Part shown: piece after piece, positions 1 to 8,669 of the stretch
Numbering within the stretch: the first letter of the stretch is position 1
Layout of the letters: each line of letters begins with the position of its first letter
NCBI GenBank assembly: GCA_964401865.1
Contig: CAYNZZ010000004.1
Location: 62,980-94,979, forward strand
DNA from: an uncultured Erysipelotrichaceae bacterium
Lineage (GTDB): Bacteria > Bacillota_I > Bacilli_A > Erysipelotrichales > Erysipelotrichaceae
Length of the DNA: 32,000 bases
Direction: 5' to 3'
Made by a program: the position numbers and the translations under genes
Notes under the pieces: generated by a model
The model's database searches: none
The model's input: the letters and a program-made list of their open reading frames with translations, nothing else
Told to the model about the DNA's origin: nothing

Positions 1-2
1 TT

Positions 3-830
3 ATTAAAAACGGAAAAGAACATGAGGTAAAAGGCAAATATGTTCTTATCGCTGTTGGACGCGCCGGATCTAGAGAATTTCAGACTTGGTGCAAGAAAAA
101 TGATATTCCACTTAAAAATAATCAGATTGATATTGGAGTCAGAGTTGAACTTCCTTGGACTATTTGGAAACATTTTTCAAGAAAGATATATGAGCCGAAA
201 ATTCTTTATCGAACAAAGATGTATCATGATAGCGTTAGAATGTTTTGTTTCAATGAAAAAGGCTATGTCGTAACCGAAAACACTGACGGCGTATTAACGG
301 TAAATGGACATTCGTTTAAAGACAAAGCTAAGAAGACTGACAATTCTAATTTTGCACTTTTATCGACTATTAATTTTACTGAACCATTCGATGAACCGAT
401 TGAATATGCTAGGTTTGTTGCCTCGCTTGCCAATAAAATATCTGGTGGCAGTGTTTTGGTACAGAGGTTTGGCGATTTGGTTAATGGAAAACGCACAAAT
501 GATAATCGCCTAGCTTCGTCAAGTGTTAAACCAACTTTGAAGGCGGTGGCTGGTGATTTAAGCTTATGTATGCCAAAAAGACAGCTTGATAATATTATCG
601 AAACAATATATGCCCTAGATAAAGTTGCACCAGGCACTGCTAATTACGATACTCTTTTATACGGCGTTGAGTGTAAGTATTATAGTGCCAGACCGAAATG
701 TAATGATTTTGAAATTGAGGGTACTGATAGAATATTTGCGCTTGGTGATGGAGCAGGATTTACTCGTTCTTTATCTCAAGCTGCAGCTAATGGTTTGATT
801 GTAGCGGATAAAATTCTTAATGAAATATAA
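3..830 (+). CDS. FAD-dependent oxidoreductase (COG2509-like NAD(FAD)-utilizing dehydrogenase), 5' end outside window
   Basis: Frame 3 is open from the window edge (IKNGKEHEVKGKYVLIAVGRAGSREF...) and runs into the listed 219..830 ORF, so the ATG at 219 is internal. The C-terminal GDGAGFTRSLSQAAANG resembles the FAD-binding GD motif of this family. Confidence 0.7.
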   Translation: MKNGKEHEVKGKYVLIAVGRAGSREFQTWCKKNDIPLKNNQIDIGVRVELPWTIWKHFSRKIYEPKILYRTKMYHDSVRMFCFNEKGYVVTENTDGVLTVNGHSFKDKAKKTDNSNFALLSTINFTEPFDEPIEYARFVASLANKISGGSVLVQRFGDLVNGKRTNDNRLASSSVKPTLKAVAGDLSLCMPKRQLDNIIETIYALDKVAPGTANYDTLLYGVECKYYSARPKCNDFEIEGTDRIFALGDGAGFTRSLSQAAANGLIVADKILNEI

Positions 831-1509
831 AATATTTATCGTTGAAGACGATGAAATAATCGCTTCACTATGCAAGAAACATTTAACATCTTGGGGATAT
901 GACGCTAAAGTATGCGAAGATTTTCATAATGTCTTAAATGAGTTCATTTCTTATGATCCGACGCTTGTGTTGTTGGACATTTCTTTGTCATACTTTAACG
1001 GTTTTAAGTGGTGCGAAGATATTAGAAAGATTTCATCGGTACCGATTATTTTTATTTCTAGTGCTAGCGATGATATGAATATGATTATGGCTATGCATTT
1101 AGGGGCCGATGATTTTATTGCTAAACCTTTTTCAATTGATTTATTAATCGCTAAGATACAAGCTATTTTAAGAAGAAACTACGATTATAAAAGCAGCAGT
1201 CAATTATTAAAATATCGTGATTATTTTTTGAATGTTGAAAAGGCTTCTATCATTTATGGTGATAGTTCCTTAGAATTGACTAAGAATGAGTTTAAAATAT
1301 TTAAAACTTTATTAGAAAATAAGGGTAGGATAGTTAAAAGAGAAACGCTAATGCAAAAGATATGGCAGACTGATGAATTCATTGATGATAATACTTTGAA
1401 TGTCAATGTCAATCGTTTAAGAAAAAAATTGGAAGATATTGGACTTATAGCTGTCATTGAAACCAAAAAGAATCTAGGTTATATATTAAAAGATGAAGAA
1501 AATGTTTAA
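820..1509 (+). CDS. OmpR/PhoB-family response regulator, BceR-like
   Basis: Receiver domain (IFIVEDDE, VLLDISL, FIAKPF) plus C-terminal winged-helix effector domain (LTKNEFKIFKTLLEN...NVNVNRLRKKLE). It is the first gene of a four-gene RR-HK-ABC-permease block, and its start overlaps the upstream stop. Confidence 0.9.
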   Translation: MKYKIFIVEDDEIIASLCKKHLTSWGYDAKVCEDFHNVLNEFISYDPTLVLLDISLSYFNGFKWCEDIRKISSVPIIFISSASDDMNMIMAMHLGADDFIAKPFSIDLLIAKIQAILRRNYDYKSSSQLLKYRDYFLNVEKASIIYGDSSLELTKNEFKIFKTLLENKGRIVKRETLMQKIWQTDEFIDDNTLNVNVNRLRKKLEDIGLIAVIETKKNLGYILKDEENV

Positions 1510-2455
1510 TTATCTGTATAAGAACAGGATATTGATATGTGCATATTGTTTGGCTAATTTTTTGTGTGCATTTGTCTACATTCTGTATGGCAAAGAGTTA
1601 GAAATAGTTTTATATCCTATTGTGATTTCGTCCTTAGTGTTTGTGATGTTTCTAATGTATGGATTTATAAGATATTTAAAGCATTTGGAAAATATTAAAA
1701 ACTTCTTTGATAATAATATTTTATTTGAAGTCAAAGAACTTGATGAAAGGTTAGAAATTGACCGTATTATCGAACTAAATAAAAAAGTTAATCGTTTGAA
1801 TAATTTAATGATTAAAGAAAAAGAAGAGATGATTGATTTTTATGCCATGTGGGTTCATCAAATCAAGATACCTGTCTTTGCGATGAAATTGCTTCTTGAC
1901 GAAAGCAGTGATATTAATTTACAGATAGAATTATTGAAAATTGAGCAATATGTGAATATGGTTTTAAACTTTATTCGTTTAAATGATTCAAGTGGAGATT
2001 TGCTAATCGAAGAAGTTGATGTTGATGAGATAGTTAAAAATGCCATTAAGACATACTCGAATATCTTCATCAATAAGCATTTGTATATTGATTTTAAAGA
2101 TACTAATCAAAAAGTTTTGAGCGATAAAAAGTGGTTGATTTTTGTGGTTGAGCAGATTGTTGCCAATGCGGTTAAATACACCAAAAAAGGTGGTGTGACA
2201 ATTAGCTTTGAAAACAGCGTTCTTTCAATTAAAGATACAGGGCTTGGCATTGAAAAAAGCGATTTATCAAGAGTGTTTGAAAAAGGATATACTGGCAAGG
2301 TCGGAAGAAGCGAGATGCAATCAACAGGACTCGGCTTATATTTATCTAAAAAAATTCTCGATCATTTAAATCACAAAATTACAATAGAATCTCGTATCAA
2401 TGAAGGCACTGATGTTATGATTGATTTATCGAGTGATAGGCGTTTAAACGACTAA
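1493..2455 (+). CDS. Intramembrane-sensing histidine kinase, BceS-like
   Basis: Two N-terminal TM helices are separated by only ~5 residues, so there is no extracellular sensor domain. H-box WVHQIKIP; ATPase N/G boxes (ANAVKYT, DTGLGI, GLGLYL). Overlaps the regulator gene by 17 nt. Confidence 0.9.
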   Translation: MKKMFNYLYKNRILICAYCLANFLCAFVYILYGKELEIVLYPIVISSLVFVMFLMYGFIRYLKHLENIKNFFDNNILFEVKELDERLEIDRIIELNKKVNRLNNLMIKEKEEMIDFYAMWVHQIKIPVFAMKLLLDESSDINLQIELLKIEQYVNMVLNFIRLNDSSGDLLIEEVDVDEIVKNAIKTYSNIFINKHLYIDFKDTNQKVLSDKKWLIFVVEQIVANAVKYTKKGGVTISFENSVLSIKDTGLGIEKSDLSRVFEKGYTGKVGRSEMQSTGLGLYLSKKILDHLNHKITIESRINEGTDVMIDLSSDRRLND

Positions 2456-2482
2456 TCTTACATTAATGTAAGATTAGTTTTA
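2452..2482 (+). terminator. Hairpin (CTAATCTTACA / TGTAAGATTAG) followed by a T-rich run after the kinase gene
   Basis: Near-perfect palindrome read directly from the sequence, followed by TTTTAT. The same palindrome contains the regulator box listed next. Confidence 0.55.
2458..2471 (+). promoter_or_regulatory. BceR-type regulator box TTACA-TTAA-TGTAA upstream of the ABC transporter genes
   Basis: Exact fit to the inverted-repeat consensus I recall for BceR-like regulators (TNACA-N4-TGTAA). It lies ~80 nt upstream of the transporter ATG at 2552. Confidence 0.6.
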
Positions 2483-2551
2483 TATTTGTAAGGTAAATCA
2501 ATGGTTAGTGAAATTCAAAAGAATTAATCTTGAAGTATAGGAGGAAAACTT

Positions 2552-3310
2552 ATGAATTTATTAGAAGTTAAGAATTTGAAAAAGACATATACTACAAGAT
2601 TTGGATCGATGAAATGTCAGGCACTTAATGGTGTTAATTTCAATGTTGAAAAAGGAGAATTTGTCGCTATTATGGGTGAATCTGGTAGTGGCAAAACTAC
2701 ACTTTTAAATATCATTGCCGGCATTGATTCACCAAGTGAAGGTGAGATTATTTTAAATGGGCAAAACTATGACCATTTGAGTGAAAAAGATATTACGATT
2801 TTTAGAAGAAATCATATGGGTTTTGTTTTTCAAGATTTCTCTTTACTAGATAATTTCAATATTAAAGACAATATTTTATTACCACTTGTTTTATCAGGGA
2901 AAAGTGTTAGAGAGATGGAAAATAAAATATATTCATTGGTAAATAAATTGGGTATTGAATCACTACTTTTGAAGCAACCTTACGAAGTATCTGGTGGTCA
3001 AAAACAACGCGTCGCAGTTGCGAGGGCTTTGATTAATGATCCGGACTTAATTTTGGCTGATGAACCAACTGGAGCTCTTGATTCCAAAGCATCTGATGAA
3101 CTTTTGAATCTATTTGAAGATATTCATGATGGTGGGCAGACTATTTTGATGGTAACACATTCAACTAAAGCGGCTTCTTACGCTTCACGTGTTCTTTTCA
3201 TTAAGGATGGGTCTTTGTTTCATCAGATATACAAGGGTGATGACAGCAACGAGATGATGTATAAAAAAATTAGCGACACACTTTCGCTATTATTGAAGGA
3301 CGCAAAATGA
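2552..3310 (+). CDS. ABC transporter ATP-binding protein, BceA-like (MacB/FtsE class)
   Basis: Walker A GESGSGKTT, signature LSGGQKQRVAVARAL, Walker B LILADEPTGALD. SD AGGAGG lies 8 nt upstream. Confidence 0.93.
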   Translation: MNLLEVKNLKKTYTTRFGSMKCQALNGVNFNVEKGEFVAIMGESGSGKTTLLNIIAGIDSPSEGEIILNGQNYDHLSEKDITIFRRNHMGFVFQDFSLLDNFNIKDNILLPLVLSGKSVREMENKIYSLVNKLGIESLLLKQPYEVSGGQKQRVAVARALINDPDLILADEPTGALDSKASDELLNLFEDIHDGGQTILMVTHSTKAASYASRVLFIKDGSLFHQIYKGDDSNEMMYKKISDTLSLLLKDAK

Positions 3311-5247
3311 AAAATTTGTATTGGCGTTTAGCTTTTCAAAATATTTTTAAGAATAAAAAGGTTTATTTCCCTTATATCATCTCCATTACTTTTTTAGTCA
3401 CGATGACTTATATTATCGTGTCGCTATCGTTAAACGAATCATTTTTATCGACTCTTGGTGGTCAAGTTATCAACGATTTCCTTATACTCGGCACTTTTGT
3501 TATTGCGATACTAGTTTTCATTTTTCTATTTTATTCTAACTCTTTTATGATTAAGTCTAGAAGAATGGAATTAGGGCTATATAATATTTTAGGCTTGGAA
3601 AAAAGACATGTTATGATGATCATGTTTGCTGAATTTATTTATATCGCTATTTTTTCAATCGGTGTCGGTTTAGCGTTCGGTGTCTTATTGGATAAATTAG
3701 CTTTTATGATCTTACTGAATTTATCTAAGGGTAGCGTGCCAATCGGTTTTAGCTTATCGATTAAAGCTTTAATCGAAGTATCAATTTACTATATTCTGAT
3801 CTTATTTTTAACCTTTATATACAACTCTTTACAAGTTAAACATTATACAGCGATTAATTTATTAAAAAGTGACAGTATCGGTGAAAAAGAACCAAAGGCT
3901 AAATATTTAACGGCTATTTTAGGATTCGCAATACTAGCTTATGGTTATTACATCGCTATAAGTGTCATCAATCCTATTGAAGCAATTATCAATTTCTTTG
4001 TGGCGGTCATTTTAGTTATCGTTGGGACATATATGTTATTTATTGTCGGAGTGCCAGCTATACTGAAACTTTTAAAATCAAAGAAAGACTACTATTATAG
4101 GACTACTCATTTTATTTCTGTATCTACACTTTTATATCGCATGAAAAAGAATGCAGTTGGTTTGGCTAATATTTGTATTTTGTCAACCATGGTTCTGGTC
4201 ATGATATCTTCGACTAGTGCGATATGGTTTTCCTCATATAGTACTTTACATAGTTTATATCCAAATGATGCCAGAATCACAATTAATAATTCTTTAAGAG
4301 AAGAAAATACACTTGCTGATTCTATTGTTGAAAAAATATTAAATGAAAATGGTTTTTCAGATGACGATTATGTAGCTTTCAATGAAGTATACCTTAGTGG
4401 CAGTTTTGAAAATCGTAAAATCATTAAAAGCAATGGCGAAAATACATATATCTTACACTTTGTAACAGTTGATACTTATAACCGTTATACAGATAAAAAT
4501 GTTATTTTGGCAGATAATGAAATCATTATGCTAAATGAATTAAGTTTAACTTTTGATGATAAAGTGCAAATCTTTGATAAAGAATTTGATAATGTTTTAA
4601 GTGAAAATAAACTTATTAAGGATTTACCTTTATCGCCAGTTATTTCTAACGGAGAAATACAGGTGGTTGTAAAAGACGAAGATGTATTAAATAGTTTTAA
4701 CACTACAGTAAGTCGTTATTATGGTTTTGACTTAGGTGACAAAGAATTAACTGACAATATCGTTTCTGAAATATATGATTCATTCCTTGAAGAATTATCT
4801 GAAACAAGTATTTTGAGTTTATCTAATTTTGGTGAATTATACGAACTGATGATGAGTGTATATGGAGGCTTGTTCTTTCTGGGTATCTTTTTGAGTGTTG
4901 TCTTTATCGTGGCAATGACTCTTGTCATGTACTATAAACAGCTTCAGGAAAGTAGCGAAGACTTAAAACGATTTAAGATTATGAAAAAGGTTGGTTTAAC
5001 TAATAAAGATATCTCTAGAACAATTAATTCGCAAATGTGGATATTATTCTTTCTTCCGTTGATTGTGGCTATTATTCACATGTTGTTTGCTTACAATATT
5101 ATCAATAAACTATTAGTAGCAGCATCGATGAACGGAAGTTTCAGTTACGCTTCGGTGTTTATTACAACTATAGCAATATTCATAGTTATATATGGAATAA
5201 TCTATAAACTGACATCAAAGCTTTACTATAACATTGTTACAGTATGA
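3307..5247 (+). CDS. FtsX-family ABC permease, BceB-like (10 TM with large extracellular domain)
   Basis: 646 aa with multiple TM helices. A ~200-aa hydrophilic insert (about residues 310-515) lies between TM clusters, as in BceB/VraG permeases. ATGA overlap with the ATPase gene. Confidence 0.9.
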   Translation: MKNLYWRLAFQNIFKNKKVYFPYIISITFLVTMTYIIVSLSLNESFLSTLGGQVINDFLILGTFVIAILVFIFLFYSNSFMIKSRRMELGLYNILGLEKRHVMMIMFAEFIYIAIFSIGVGLAFGVLLDKLAFMILLNLSKGSVPIGFSLSIKALIEVSIYYILILFLTFIYNSLQVKHYTAINLLKSDSIGEKEPKAKYLTAILGFAILAYGYYIAISVINPIEAIINFFVAVILVIVGTYMLFIVGVPAILKLLKSKKDYYYRTTHFISVSTLLYRMKKNAVGLANICILSTMVLVMISSTSAIWFSSYSTLHSLYPNDARITINNSLREENTLADSIVEKILNENGFSDDDYVAFNEVYLSGSFENRKIIKSNGENTYILHFVTVDTYNRYTDKNVILADNEIIMLNELSLTFDDKVQIFDKEFDNVLSENKLIKDLPLSPVISNGEIQVVVKDEDVLNSFNTTVSRYYGFDLGDKELTDNIVSEIYDSFLEELSETSILSLSNFGELYELMMSVYGGLFFLGIFLSVVFIVAMTLVMYYKQLQESSEDLKRFKIMKKVGLTNKDISRTINSQMWILFFLPLIVAIIHMLFAYNIINKLLVAASMNGSFSYASVFITTIAIFIVIYGIIYKLTSKLYYNIVTV

Positions 5248-5253
5248 TAAATT

Positions 5254-5274
5254 GGTCCTTTTAGGACCTTTTTA
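5254..5274 (+). terminator. Rho-independent terminator GGTCC-TTTTA-GGACC + TTTTT
   Basis: Hairpin and T-tract read directly, 7 nt after the permease stop. Confidence 0.75.
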
Positions 5275-5301
5275 TATGATATTATTTAATTGGTAGTTAC
5301 T

Positions 5302-5331
5302 TTGCGCTAAAAAATAAATATATGATAGAAT
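5302..5331 (+). promoter_or_regulatory. Putative sigma-A promoter TTGCGC-N18-(TG)ATAGAAT for the Asp23/DAK2 operon
   Basis: -35-like TTGCGC (5302-5307) and extended -10 TGATAGAAT (5323-5331). Its position argues that the ORF-track start at 5322 is not real. Confidence 0.4.
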
Positions 5332-5357
5332 TGTATAGATATTCAGGAGGGACAGGT

Positions 5358-5717
5358 ATGTCAATTAGTAAAAAGACTTCTTTAGGACAAGTAAAAATAT
5401 CGGATTCAGCTATTGCAGTATTAGCTGGCGGAGCTGTTGTAGAGTGTTATGGTGTTGTGGGCATGACTAGTCAACAAGTATTAAAAGATGGTCTTAATGA
5501 ATTATTAAAGAAAGAAAATTACTCAAAAGGAGTAGTTGTTAAAAATAAGCCTGATGGTTTAGAAGTTGATTTATATATCATCGTAAGCTATGGTGTTAAA
5601 GTATCGGAAGTTGTTAATGAGGTACAGAAACGTGTTAAATACACTTTAGAAAAATCATTAAATATGGATGTTTTGAGTGTTGATGTGTATGTACAGGGAA
5701 TCAAGGTGGTAGCATAA
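5358..5717 (+). CDS. Asp23/Gls24-family envelope stress protein (YloU-like)
   Basis: MSISKKTSLGQVKISDSAIAVLAGGAVVECYGVVGM is the typical Asp23 N-terminus. The ATG at 5358 has AGGAGGG 7 nt upstream, and the listed start at 5322 lies inside the promoter. Confidence 0.88.
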   Translation: MSISKKTSLGQVKISDSAIAVLAGGAVVECYGVVGMTSQQVLKDGLNELLKKENYSKGVVVKNKPDGLEVDLYIIVSYGVKVSEVVNEVQKRVKYTLEKSLNMDVLSVDVYVQGIKVVA

Positions 5718-5718
5718 T

Positions 5719-7326
5719 ATGAAAACAATTAATGGTGCTATTTTAAAGGAGATGCTTAAAAGCGGTAATGCTAATTTGAGCAATCATAAAAGTTTAATTG
5801 ACTCATTGAATGTATTTCCGGTGCCTGATGGTGATACCGGTACAAATATGTATATGACTTTCTCTAACGGCGTTAAAGATGCTTTAGGTGTAGCATCTGA
5901 TAGTATTTCCGATGTCGCTAAAGCATTATCTAAAGGTTTGCTTATGGGGGCAAGAGGAAATAGTGGAGTTATCACTTCACAGATTTTTAGAGGATTCTAT
6001 CAATATGTTGAAGGCAAAGAAGAAATTACGACCAAAGAGTTAGCTGAAAGTTTTGAAAATGGTGCTAAGGTTGCCTATAAGGCAATTATGAAACCGGTTG
6101 AAGGCACTATCTTAACCGTAATTAGAGAAGCGAGTTGGTATGCTAACCACTATATGATTGAACATCCAGATATTGATGTTGAAGAATATTTTAGATTGTT
6201 GATTGATTTTGCTCAGGATTCTCTAGATCATACACCAGAGTTACTTCCGGTATTAAAAGAAGTGGGAGTAGTAGATAGTGGCGGAACTGGTTTAGTCAAG
6301 ATATTTGAGGGTTTTAAAGCTTATTTAGATGGCAAACCATATGTCATCGAAGAAAATAGTCAAGAAATTACAAGCAAAGCCAAAGAAGCTGAAAATGATG
6401 AATTTGGTTACTGTACAGAATTTATTTTAAGATTAAATGACGAAAAAAAATTTAAGGAAACTATCTTGCGCAATAAGCTTGCTGAGATTGGAGAATCATT
6501 AGTGGTAGTTAAAGATGATGATTTAGTTAAGGTTCATGTTCACACATTAAAACCTGGTGATGCTTTAAACATCGGTCAAAGATATGGTGAATTCATTAAG
6601 TTAAAGATAGAGAACATGCAGGAACAACATTCTAATTTATCTGATGAAAAAACCACTAAAGAGAAGAAAAAATATGCGGTTATTGCTGTAGCGGCTGGTA
6701 AAGGACTTGAAAAGTTATTCAAAGATTGTCGTGCTGATATCGTCATTTCTGGTGGACAGACAATGAATCCATCTACTGAAAGTTTTATTGAAGAAATCAA
6801 GAGAGTTAATGCTGAACATATTATCATTCTTCCAAACAATTCAAATATCATCTTAGCTGCTGAACAGGCTAAGTCGATTATGGAAGACATCGATATAAGA
6901 GTATTGCCTACTAAATCAATTCAAGAGGGTATCAGTGCTTTGTCGATGTATTCTCCAGAAGCTGATATCGAAGAAAATTTAGAAGAGATGAGCGAAGCAG
7001 TAAAAAATGTTCAATCAGGCTCCATCACTTATGCTATTAAAGATACTGTATTTAATGGGGTCGAAGTTAAAGAAGGCGATTTTATCGCGATGACTAATAA
7101 AACGATTGTTGCAAGTAATATCGATAAATTGACTACGGTCAAAGCCTTATTAGATGAAATGTTTAAAAAAGAAGATGCTGAACTTCTTACATTAATTGCC
7201 GGTGAAGATTCTAGTCAAGACGAAATAGATGAAATAACTGCTTATATTGAAGAAAATAGTGATTTAGAGGTTGAAATGATTAAGGGCGATCAACCGGTAT
7301 ATTGCTATTTATTCGGTGTTGAATAA
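5719..7326 (+). CDS. DAK2 domain-containing protein (YloV-like)
   Basis: N-terminal DAK2 signature (NVFPVPDGDTGTNM, GARGNSGVI) and a 535-aa length. The Asp23-DAK2 pairing is conserved in Firmicutes. Confidence 0.9.
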   Translation: MKTINGAILKEMLKSGNANLSNHKSLIDSLNVFPVPDGDTGTNMYMTFSNGVKDALGVASDSISDVAKALSKGLLMGARGNSGVITSQIFRGFYQYVEGKEEITTKELAESFENGAKVAYKAIMKPVEGTILTVIREASWYANHYMIEHPDIDVEEYFRLLIDFAQDSLDHTPELLPVLKEVGVVDSGGTGLVKIFEGFKAYLDGKPYVIEENSQEITSKAKEAENDEFGYCTEFILRLNDEKKFKETILRNKLAEIGESLVVVKDDDLVKVHVHTLKPGDALNIGQRYGEFIKLKIENMQEQHSNLSDEKTTKEKKKYAVIAVAAGKGLEKLFKDCRADIVISGGQTMNPSTESFIEEIKRVNAEHIIILPNNSNIILAAEQAKSIMEDIDIRVLPTKSIQEGISALSMYSPEADIEENLEEMSEAVKNVQSGSITYAIKDTVFNGVEVKEGDFIAMTNKTIVASNIDKLTTVKALLDEMFKKEDAELLTLIAGEDSSQDEIDEITAYIEENSDLEVEMIKGDQPVYCYLFGVE

Positions 7327-7350
7327 ACCACTTCGGTGGTTTTTCTTTTT
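7325..7350 (+). terminator. Rho-independent terminator AAACCAC-TTCG-GTGGTTT + T-tract
   Basis: Read directly; overlaps the DAK2 gene stop codon. Confidence 0.8.
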
Positions 7351-7352
7351 GC

Positions 7353-7399
7353 TTGACGCTGTATTAATTGTCATAGTATACTTAATACAGATAATACAG
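7353..7399 (+). promoter_or_regulatory. Promoter with GntR/YtrA-type operator
   Basis: TTGACG (7353-7358) and a TATACT/TAGTAT -10 region (7374-7382). A perfect 9-bp inverted repeat, CTGTATTAA (7359-7367) / TTAATACAG (7382-7390), brackets the -10. A third half-site, ATAATACAG, lies at 7391-7399. Confidence 0.6.
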
Positions 7400-7411
7400 A
7401 AAGGAGATAAA

Positions 7412-7798
7412 ATGTTCTTAATATCTTTGTCAGGGAAAGATTCAATTTATGAACAGATAAAAAAACAGATTTTGCGTTTTATTCAAACTGGTGTATTAAG
7501 CCCTAATGACAAGCTTCCTTCAGTTAGGCAACTGGCTGGTGAATTGGGTATCAATCCTAATACTGTTCAAAAAGCTTATCAAGAATTAGAAAGCGAAGGA
7601 TATATCTATACGTTGTCAAAGAAAGGCGCATTTGTTGCTGACGGAACTAAAGTTAATACTAACGAAATGTTAAGAGACGAGTTTTTTAAGATTGTTGCTC
7701 GCTATAGGAATGATGGTTTTGATGAAATTGAATTGATAAATATAGTGAAAGAAGTGTTTAAACAAGGAGGGGACGATACTTATGAGTTTAAGGATTGA
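7412..7798 (+). CDS. GntR-family transcriptional regulator, YtrA subfamily
   Basis: Short GntR (128 aa) with a winged HTH (LPSVRQLAGELGINPNTVQKAYQELESEGYI). The ATG at 7412 is preceded by AAAGGAG. The longer listed ORF from 7316 would overlap the terminator and promoter. Confidence 0.88.
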   Translation: MFLISLSGKDSIYEQIKKQILRFIQTGVLSPNDKLPSVRQLAGELGINPNTVQKAYQELESEGYIYTLSKKGAFVADGTKVNTNEMLRDEFFKIVARYRNDGFDEIELINIVKEVFKQGGDDTYEFKD

Positions 7799-8669
7799 AG
7801 GCGTAACCAAGAGTTTTAAAGAATTAAAAGTTTTAGATGCTATTGATTTAGAAATAGAAAAAGGTTCGGTGTTTGGGCTTGTTGGCGTTAATGGTTCAGG
7901 CAAATCAACTTTGCTCAGATCGATTGCTGGAATTTACTCATTAGATGGCGGAAACATCTATTTTGAAGGTGAAGATACATATGCTAACCCAAATATTAGA
8001 AGAGATATTTTTTTGGTGGCTGATGATTTATATTATTCATTTGCGTCAACCATTAACACATTAAAAGATTTTTATGCTTCTTTTTATTCATTTGATGAAA
8101 ATGAATTTCAGAAGTATTTAAAGATTTTCCGTTTAGATCCCAACAAGCAGATCAATAATTTTTCAAAGGGCATGAAAAGACAGGTGTCGCTAGTTTTTGC
8201 TTTGGCGATAAAACCTAAGTTATTACTTTTGGATGAAGCTTTTGATGGCCTTGATCCGCTTGTGAGATATACATTTAATAAACAGTTAGCCAATCTTTTG
8301 GAAGATGAAGAAATAACGGTTATTATTTCTTCTCATAACTTAAAAGAATTGGAAAATATTTGTGATACTTACGGTATTTTAGAAAACGGCAAGATCGAAA
8401 ACTATGGCGATTTATCAGCTAATAAAGCTAATATTTCTAAATATCAAATGGCTTTTAAAGAAGAGAAGACAATTGATGATTTTAAAGATTTTAATGTTTT
8501 ACATTACTCTAAAATAGGTAAGGTTATTACACTAGTGATCAAAGGGGAAAAGCAAGAGACGATTGAAAAGCTCGAGGCTTATAATCCACTGATTTTAGAT
8601 GTCTTAAATGTCAACTTTGAAGAATTGTTTATATATGAAGTCGAAAGCAAGGAGCACCAATATGAATAA
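7782..8669 (+). CDS. ABC transporter ATP-binding protein (YtrB-like)
   Basis: Walker A GVNGSGKST, degenerate signature FSKGMKRQV, Walker B LLLLDEAFDGLD. Overlaps the end of the GntR gene. Confidence 0.9.
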   Translation: MSLRIEGVTKSFKELKVLDAIDLEIEKGSVFGLVGVNGSGKSTLLRSIAGIYSLDGGNIYFEGEDTYANPNIRRDIFLVADDLYYSFASTINTLKDFYASFYSFDENEFQKYLKIFRLDPNKQINNFSKGMKRQVSLVFALAIKPKLLLLDEAFDGLDPLVRYTFNKQLANLLEDEEITVIISSHNLKELENICDTYGILENGKIENYGDLSANKANISKYQMAFKEEKTIDDFKDFNVLHYSKIGKVITLVIKGEKQETIEKLEAYNPLILDVLNVNFEELFIYEVESKEHQYE

